From assembly GCA_030746775.1 (NCBI GenBank), contig JASLLZ010000002.1, forward strand, positions 1,663 through 65,662: DNA of 64,000 nucleotides, read 5' to 3'. Positions 57,787 to 64,000 of the stretch are shown piece after piece (position 1 is the stretch's first letter; each line of letters opens with the position of its first letter). Position numbers and translations under genes: made by a program. The notes beneath the pieces are model-generated. The model did no database searches. It was not told the origin of the DNA and was given only the letters and a program-made list of their open reading frames with translations. Source of the DNA: Rhodospirillales bacterium (GTDB lineage: Bacteria; Pseudomonadota; Alphaproteobacteria; Rhodospirillales; JASLLZ01).

Positions 57787-57892
57787 GGATCAGACCTCCT
57801 CATTGGCCGCCGGAGGGCGCCGGCCGTCCGATCCCTCGACGGAGGACAAGGTGGAGCGATGCGTGCGCAAGTGAGCCATGGGCCGCCATAAG

Positions 57893-57941
57893 TGTTTACG
57901 TGTTCGCAAACAAGTTAACACGTATGAGTGCGTCCAGACAA
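57893..57941 (-). promoter_or_regulatory. Putative promoter with overlapping inverted repeats (operator candidate)
   Basis: TACGTGTT-N12-AACACGTA (57897-57924) and TGTTTACG-N4-CGCAAACA (57893-57912); minus-strand TTGTCT-N18-TAACTT. Confidence 0.5.
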
Positions 57942-57970
57942 GTAAATTTTTTCCGGCGCGGTCAAAGGAC

Positions 57971-59758
57971 TCAGGAGAACTGGCTTTCGTGAAGTTCCGA
58001 AAATCGTCCTTTTCTCGCCACAAGTTCGTCGAAGGAGCCCGATTCCACGACCTGGCCCCCTTCCATGACGAAGATGGTGTCGGCCTTGCGCACGGTGGCC
58101 AGGCGATGGGCGACGACGATGATGGTCAGCCGGTGGGAGATCGATCCGAGGGCCTCTTGGATCAGGGTCTCGGACTCGTTGTCGAGCGCGCTGGTCGCTT
58201 CGTCGAGAAGCAACAGCTGGGGATTGCCGATCAACGCCCGGGCCAGGGCCAGGCGCTGCTTCTGTCCGCCCGAAAGCCTGACCCCGCCTTCGCCCAACAC
58301 CGTATCCAGGCCGTCGGGCAACGCCTCAATAATGTCGCCGAGACGGGTCAACTCCACGACCTGATCGATGTCCGCCTCGGTGACTTCCGGATGGGCGAAG
58401 ACGAGGTTGTTGCGCACCGTGTCGTTGAAGATGATCACGTCTTGGGTGACGTAGCCGATACGCTTGCGCCACGACAACAGGTCGATCCGCCTGAGATCGA
58501 CGCCATCGATTTCGATGCGCCCGGCATCGGGGATCCGCAGCCCGGCGATCAGGTCGATCACCGATGACTTGCCGGCGCCCGAGCGGCCGACGATGGCAAT
58601 CGTGTTGTTACGCGGTATAGGCATGGTAACCGCCGATACCGCCCCCATGGTCTCGTTTTCGTAGTGGAAGGTGACGTCATGCAGTTCCACGCCGTGCTCC
58701 AGCGCCTCGAAGGGCTTGCCGCCGACGCCGCGTTCCTCAGTCTGTTCGCGGGCTGCCGCGATGGCGGCGTCGACCACGGGCAATGTCGCCGCGTAGCCTG
58801 CGTATCCTTGGTAATACTGCTGCAACTGGATGAGCCGTGGCACCATGCGCGCCATGATGATGAGGAACGTGAAAAGCACCGCGGTCGGGACCCCGAGTCC
58901 TTGGCGGGAAACGGCAATGATACCGGCAAGGATGGCGACCGCCAGGGTTTGGACCAGGAAAAAAGTGAAGACGCGGATCACTTCTGAAGAGAGAGAAGTA
59001 TTGACGGCGGTCCGATTGAGCTCCCCCAAGCGCTCGATCACCCGCTGTTCGGAGCCGGTGACGCGTATCAGCCGCGCACCCTTCAAATAGTCGACGATAT
59101 GAACACCATAATTCCGATTGGCCTTGATAATCGCGTCGCCAATGTTTCTGGATCGTGCGTGCAGAGGCCGGATCATCCAGCCCACCAGTGCCGCCAGGGC
59201 AATGGTCAGCGCCAGAAGTCGCCACGACAGCAATGAACTGATGACCGCGAATATGGCGATGTGAATGATCGTGGCGACGACCATCACCTGGAGGATCAGT
59301 CCGGCGGCGCTGCGGTGACATTCGACCAGGAGCTTGTTGACCACATCGCCCGACGACTGCCCCGACAGGTGGTGCCAGCGCGAAAGGAACAAGTTTTCGC
59401 CAAGCGCCTTGCGTAGCGCTTCCATGTGGCCATGCCGGGCCCGTTCGAGCATCCGGTCCTTGGCGAACGTGATGGCGAACGACCCGCCCACCAGCACGAC
59501 GATTAACGCAAGCATGGTGAACAGGTTCATGGGAAGGTGAACGGTATCCAATACCGTCTTGAGAATAACACCGCCCTTGCCCAGCTCCTTGCCTCCGCCG
59601 TCCAGGGTTTCCAGCAAGGGAATGAACAAGGTAAGTCCCAGACCCTCGCAAAGTCCCGCCGTGACGGTCACCGCCAAGGCGAGCCAAGTCCCCGGAAGCC
59701 GGCCCAAGGTGGACAGGAACTTGGTTCGCGGTTCGAGGACCGTCCCCGTTTTGGTCAT
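57971..59758 (-). CDS. ABC exporter, fused permease/ATPase (MsbA/PglK-like glycan flippase)
   Basis: TM domain plus GRSGAGKS, LSGGQKQR, DEATSALD, AHRL. Confidence 0.9.
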   Translation of the reverse strand: MTKTGTVLEPRTKFLSTLGRLPGTWLALAVTVTAGLCEGLGLTLFIPLLETLDGGGKELGKGGVILKTVLDTVHLPMNLFTMLALIVVLVGGSFAITFAKDRMLERARHGHMEALRKALGENLFLSRWHHLSGQSSGDVVNKLLVECHRSAAGLILQVMVVATIIHIAIFAVISSLLSWRLLALTIALAALVGWMIRPLHARSRNIGDAIIKANRNYGVHIVDYLKGARLIRVTGSEQRVIERLGELNRTAVNTSLSSEVIRVFTFFLVQTLAVAILAGIIAVSRQGLGVPTAVLFTFLIIMARMVPRLIQLQQYYQGYAGYAATLPVVDAAIAAAREQTEERGVGGKPFEALEHGVELHDVTFHYENETMGAVSAVTMPIPRNNTIAIVGRSGAGKSSVIDLIAGLRIPDAGRIEIDGVDLRRIDLLSWRKRIGYVTQDVIIFNDTVRNNLVFAHPEVTEADIDQVVELTRLGDIIEALPDGLDTVLGEGGVRLSGGQKQRLALARALIGNPQLLLLDEATSALDNESETLIQEALGSISHRLTIIVVAHRLATVRKADTIFVMEGGQVVESGSFDELVARKGRFSELHESQFS

Positions 59759-59879
59759 CGGGACAAGTATCCGTTTGCGAGAGGCGTGGAATGACGGGTC
59801 AGTGGGGTCAAAAGCAACACCCAATGACCGGCGACGGCGAGGCCGAAAAGGATAGGTCTTTCATCGGAGCCGCGGCGCT

Positions 59880-60683
59880 TCAAAGGGTATCCACATCGTA
59901 GGTGGGCTCGTTGTATTGGTGGTGGTCGAAATCATGAAACGTGAAAATCTTCTCGTTCCAGACTTGCCGGCGTTCGGCGAACAGTCCGTACGGTTTGGCG
60001 AATTTTTTCTTCGGGTGGGCATCGTTGAACTCCTTGATCGCCTTCAGTTCCCCGATGAATTCATTGGTACCCAGGATATCGTCGAAAACGCAGAAAACCC
60101 TGGGCAGGTAATTCTCCGCATCACGGAAGAGTTCGAAAGAATCCCTGGTCGATGAATAGTAATCGAGATCAAAAAACACAGCCCCGATCGGGGCGGCGTC
60201 CGGATAAACATCAAAAAAAGTCTTGCTAGTTTCTTTTACATCGCCAAGTACGAGTTTCGTGTGTTTTAGTTCTTTCTTTAAACTGTCCGGATTCATCTCA
60301 TAGCCGCCCTCCCACCATTTGAAAGGCATATCCTGATAATCCTCCGGTTTCGGCAGCCCCTCCTCTAAACCGAACCCGAATACGTCGAAATCCAAATCGA
60401 ACTCGCGTTTGATGTTATCGATATGTTTTTCGATGCTCCTAAGTCCTTGGCCCTTGGCCACGCCGAGTTCGACAATGCTGATCCTCGAATGATTGAGGCT
60501 TTTGGCCAGCATGGCGGCCTTGTAGATGCAGTAGCCGTACTCGGGTCTCTCGACCTCGTTGAAAACGGTTCGGTAGTAGTAGTGGGAACGGGAGTATTTG
60601 TTCCTCAACCTTCGCAACCCCCGGAAAAGAGCCACTCTCAGGGGGTAGGGATAGGCGAGGATGTCCTTAAGCAGACGAACCAC
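59880..60683 (-). CDS. Hypothetical protein with TylF/MycF-like O-methyltransferase motifs
   Basis: VELGVAKG, GF..EGLP, LVLGDV, FFDLDYYSS, FDD; visibly AT-richer than neighbours. Confidence 0.6.
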   Translation of the reverse strand: MVRLLKDILAYPYPLRVALFRGLRRLRNKYSRSHYYYRTVFNEVERPEYGYCIYKAAMLAKSLNHSRISIVELGVAKGQGLRSIEKHIDNIKREFDLDFDVFGFGLEEGLPKPEDYQDMPFKWWEGGYEMNPDSLKKELKHTKLVLGDVKETSKTFFDVYPDAAPIGAVFFDLDYYSSTRDSFELFRDAENYLPRVFCVFDDILGTNEFIGELKAIKEFNDAHPKKKFAKPYGLFAERRQVWNEKIFTFHDFDHHQYNEPTYDVDTL

Positions 60684-60757
60684 TATTCACTCCCAAGACG
60701 TTGAGACAATTATCGACGGGGCGGCGAGCCGAATTCGGATAGAGGCATGGACGGAAA

Positions 60758-62716
60758 TCAAGAGGCCGAGGATCCGACAAGACCGCTTGGCGATGTTTGG
60801 CCCTCGCCGCCATGGGCGCCTTCCCCGGCAGCCAAATCTCCCGGCAGGCCTTCTTCCATGACCTCCCAGAAACGCTGGCACGGATTGGGGATTTCATCGC
60901 GTGCACAGAGGTCGTTGAGCGCCCGGTCGCCACTCACGGAGCGGCCCTCTTCGAGCGCCGGCCCCAATTGGGCCAGGTCGGTGAGCACGTCCAGGTGGCG
61001 GTAGTAACCGGGATCCATGGATGTGGGCGGTATCCAGAACCCGAAATATCGCTTGTCCGCCGCAAGGGCCTCGGCCATGGCGCCGGAATGCACCGGGCCG
61101 ATGACGAATTCCGCCGCTGGCAGAAGTTCTCTCAACGGCCGATACTTGATGATTTCGCAATCGATTCCAAAATAAGCGGCGATCGCGTCGTAGTATTCCT
61201 TGCGCGGCGGGCCAGGGTGAACCTTGAAGATCGCGTCCTTGTCGCCCTTTGTCTTCAGGAGTCGCATGACGGTTACAAAATAGGAATACTTGGTCGCGTT
61301 GACGGCGCCGAGGTCGAGCCCGAGGGCGCTATGTTCGATAACGAGGACGCGACCCACCTTCCCCGTCGGGGGTGGCGGGCTTGCTCGGCGGTAGGCCTCG
61401 CCGAGAGGATAGCCGACGCGAACGCGCTGGCACACGGCTCCGATGGCGTTCAACCACTCGTCGTTGGTGTTGCCCCAACTTAGTTGCCGGCTGACCAGGG
61501 GTGGGCACCTGGGGTCGCCACCCAAGGCATCGACCTTGAGCCGTTCCGGTACGTAGGGGCTGTGCCAGATGTAATCCACGGGGATGCCGTTTTCATGGGC
61601 CAGCTCGACATATGTCCGGTAGGGAGGATTCTTGACGCCGTCGACGACGAGACGGGACGGGGAAAAGACCCTCAACACCCGCTCGGCCTTTTTCACTTCC
61701 CTGGCCAGGGCGAACAAGGTGTCTTCGTTCAAGAAGCATTTTCGGGCATAGCGGCGCGCCAGTTCCTCGACCAGCGGCGCCGGCTTCATCCACGCCCCCT
61801 CCAGGGTCGCAATTATGTCCCTGACGGCCTTTTTTTCCGTCGCCGTCAGACGACAAGGTAGCGTGGCGATCAAGAGCGCACCCTTTTTAATGCACGACCA
61901 CACGAAGCTAGGTTTCTTGGACTGGTTTGCCGACAAGAGGACGGGGCGAACGGCGCCCCCGGCATAGGATTCCATGAGGGGCACGGACAGTGACGTGTTG
62001 AGCATGATCAACACGTTGCGCCGGCGCCGAGAAAGACCATGGACGACGCGGCTGTAGGCGTGGAAAATGCCGCCGAACACCATCACCAGGGCTCGTCTCG
62101 ACAGCCCGCTTCCGCTCCCTTCGGTCGGGGCGTTGAAGTCTTCCGCCACCATGGGAAGGCCGGGGTCGTTGGCGTCTACCGGGTCGCTTCGGTCGCGGAC
62201 CGTCACGCCCTGGCCATCCGCCACCGTCAAGGCGATGAAACGCCGGCTTTCCGCGTCCAAGGTGTTGGATTCGGCGCGGAAGTCGAAAAAAACCAGTTCC
62301 TTGGGGCAAAACGTCTCGATCAACGCGCTCAGCGCCCGTTCCATGCGCACCCCGGCCGCCAGAACCCGCACCGTGACGAACTGCTTGCCGAGCGATGCGC
62401 CGCGAAAGAGAGTCGCATCGCGGCCGTCCACGTAGACCCATTCATTGGCCCGAATACGAAGGTCGGTGTGCAGGGTATCGGAACCTTGCCATGCAAGGAT
62501 GCCCCACTCGGCGGGAATGCAGTGCCATCCCTCGGCCGCCGCCTTTTGCCATAGCAGCCAGTCGGATGAGACGATGAGCGTGTCGGTGTCGCCACGGTCC
62601 AGTTGCGCCAGGTGCCTCTCATGGGTGACCAGGGCCAGGCGGACGTAACGGTCCTTCAACCCGTCGCGGGCCGCCTCGACGGCGATCGGTTGGCGGTGCG
62701 CCGGCGCTTCGTTCAC
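60758..62716 (-). CDS. Hypothetical capsule-biosynthesis-like protein
   Basis: 652-aa ORF; FKVHP and SGAMAEAL segments resemble GT-B-like capsule polymerases or transferases. Confidence 0.6.
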   Translation of the reverse strand: MNEAPAHRQPIAVEAARDGLKDRYVRLALVTHERHLAQLDRGDTDTLIVSSDWLLWQKAAAEGWHCIPAEWGILAWQGSDTLHTDLRIRANEWVYVDGRDATLFRGASLGKQFVTVRVLAAGVRMERALSALIETFCPKELVFFDFRAESNTLDAESRRFIALTVADGQGVTVRDRSDPVDANDPGLPMVAEDFNAPTEGSGSGLSRRALVMVFGGIFHAYSRVVHGLSRRRRNVLIMLNTSLSVPLMESYAGGAVRPVLLSANQSKKPSFVWSCIKKGALLIATLPCRLTATEKKAVRDIIATLEGAWMKPAPLVEELARRYARKCFLNEDTLFALAREVKKAERVLRVFSPSRLVVDGVKNPPYRTYVELAHENGIPVDYIWHSPYVPERLKVDALGGDPRCPPLVSRQLSWGNTNDEWLNAIGAVCQRVRVGYPLGEAYRRASPPPPTGKVGRVLVIEHSALGLDLGAVNATKYSYFVTVMRLLKTKGDKDAIFKVHPGPPRKEYYDAIAAYFGIDCEIIKYRPLRELLPAAEFVIGPVHSGAMAEALAADKRYFGFWIPPTSMDPGYYRHLDVLTDLAQLGPALEEGRSVSGDRALNDLCARDEIPNPCQRFWEVMEEGLPGDLAAGEGAHGGEGQTSPSGLVGSSAS

Positions 62717-63999
62717 CGGCGCACCTTCTTGAAGCGTTCGCTACGCTGTTCCTCGTTGTCGATGACGACGAAACGCATGGGGACTTTGTACTTTGCCAGG
62801 CTTTCGCGGCAGTGACGGCGCAGCCGGGCCGTCATCGCCTTTTTGTCCTCGGGGTGTCGCAGGGAGACCCGCGCGCAGGGCGCTTGGCCGAGCACGACAT
62901 GGGGGGTTCCGAAGACCGTCGCCTCGCTGACGTTGTCATCTTCCAGCAAGACGGTTTCGACCTCGACCGGAAAGACCTTTTGGCCGCCGACGTTGATGAT
63001 CTCGGATTTTCTCCCGACGAAGCGAATCATGTCGCCCCGAACCTCGACCTCGTCGCCGGTACACATCCAGCCGTCGTCGTCGAAGGGATTTGGGGCATTG
63101 AGGTAGCCGACCATGTTGGATTCGGAACGCACCCACAAGATGCCGTCGACGATCTTGACCTCGAACCCGTCGCCGCCGACCTTGAGCCAGGTGTTGTGGC
63201 CTTCCTCGGATTTGGAACGCAGAACGCCCAGTTCCGACAGACCGTAGGTCTGCTTGACGGCGGCATCGGGAAACAGCTCCGCGACCCGTGCCAGCGTCGT
63301 TTCTGGCATGACCTCGGTGCCGTAAGTGATCATCTTGACCGAAGTCAGGTCGAAGCGCTTCCAAGCCCCCGAAGCGATCATCAGGTTGAGAAACGTGGGC
63401 GTCGTCGGAAGCAAGGTGGCGCCGGCTTCGGCGATGGCCCGACAGACGGTCTCGGGCAGGCGGTCGGCGAGGCAGACGGCCACGCCCCCATAAGCGAAGG
63501 CGCCCAAAAGGGTATTGAAGCCGCCGAAATGATCCATCATGAGGAACAGAACCGTGCTCCAACCCCGGCGTTCGGGGACGAACTTTCGCATGACCCGTTC
63601 GCAGTCGTGCAAGATCGCCTTGGGTTCGCCGGTCGAGCCCGAAGTGAAGACGATCAGGCCCGGCGTGCCGCGCTCCAAAAACGCCGCGACAAGCGGGTCC
63701 TTGGGCACGTCGGTGAAGGCCTCGAACGTCCAGGTATCGTCGGCCTTGAAGCGGACCATGCATTCGACGCCGGCGATCTCGGCAAAGCGCTCCATCTCCG
63801 TCTCGCCGACGACGGTGAACGGTACGATGATCGCATTGAGACGCATGAGGGCAAAAAAGAGCGACGTGGTGGCCGGAGAGTAATCCCCGAATACGCCGCA
63901 AACCGTGCCCGCCCCGACCCCGTGCCGGGCAAGGTGATCAAGCCAGTCGTCGATGCGCGCGAAGAACTCATCGTAGCTCACGTCGGCGCCCCGCCAGTG
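62713..63999 (-). CDS. ANL-family adenylate-forming enzyme (acyl-CoA/ACP ligase), 5'-truncated
   Basis: FTSGSTGEPK, TYGLSE, TGD, GRK..IINVGG; frame open to the window edge. Confidence 0.88.
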   Translation of the reverse strand, partial: HWRGADVSYDEFFARIDDWLDHLARHGVGAGTVCGVFGDYSPATTSLFFALMRLNAIIVPFTVVGETEMERFAEIAGVECMVRFKADDTWTFEAFTDVPKDPLVAAFLERGTPGLIVFTSGSTGEPKAILHDCERVMRKFVPERRGWSTVLFLMMDHFGGFNTLLGAFAYGGVAVCLADRLPETVCRAIAEAGATLLPTTPTFLNLMIASGAWKRFDLTSVKMITYGTEVMPETTLARVAELFPDAAVKQTYGLSELGVLRSKSEEGHNTWLKVGGDGFEVKIVDGILWVRSESNMVGYLNAPNPFDDDGWMCTGDEVEVRGDMIRFVGRKSEIINVGGQKVFPVEVETVLLEDDNVSEATVFGTPHVVLGQAPCARVSLRHPEDKKAMTARLRRHCRESLAKYKVPMRFVVIDNEEQRSERFKKVRR

Positions 64000-64000
64000 C

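Noticed and set aside
1-64000. tRNA, rRNA, transposase, integrase or defence genes
   Set aside because: No supporting motifs found; the window is almost fully tiled by metabolic and glycan genes

Overview
GC-rich bacterial DNA; gene content and intergenic repeats suggest an alphaproteobacterium (inferred). The left 4.7 kb holds housekeeping genes: a truncated hypothetical gene, a GYD-domain protein, an MFS transporter, a GmhA-like SIS protein and purH. The rest is one very large surface-polysaccharide biosynthesis and modification locus that runs off the right edge. It lies mostly on the minus strand, with a 10-kb plus-strand block at 18.4-28.3 kb. The most notable part (43.7-57.9 kb) is an apparently complete homolog set of the Campylobacter phosphoramidate (MeOPN) pathway: Cj1418-, Cj1417-, Cj1416- and Cj1415-like genes plus methyltransferases. 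A divergent sulfotransferase-fold gene sits inside this set as a candidate phosphoramidate transferase. Directly upstream is an unusual operon: an XRE-HTH/cytidylyltransferase fusion, phnD, phnC and a signal-less PhnD-PhnE fusion, preceded by palindromic operator-like sites. Also seen: a perfect 25-bp octamer-periodic inverted repeat, two asnB/heparinase-II/III pairs in swapped order, and an unannotated 41-aa membrane ORF. No rRNA, tRNA, CRISPR array or transposase was recognised. All functional calls come from reading motifs by eye; no database searches were run.
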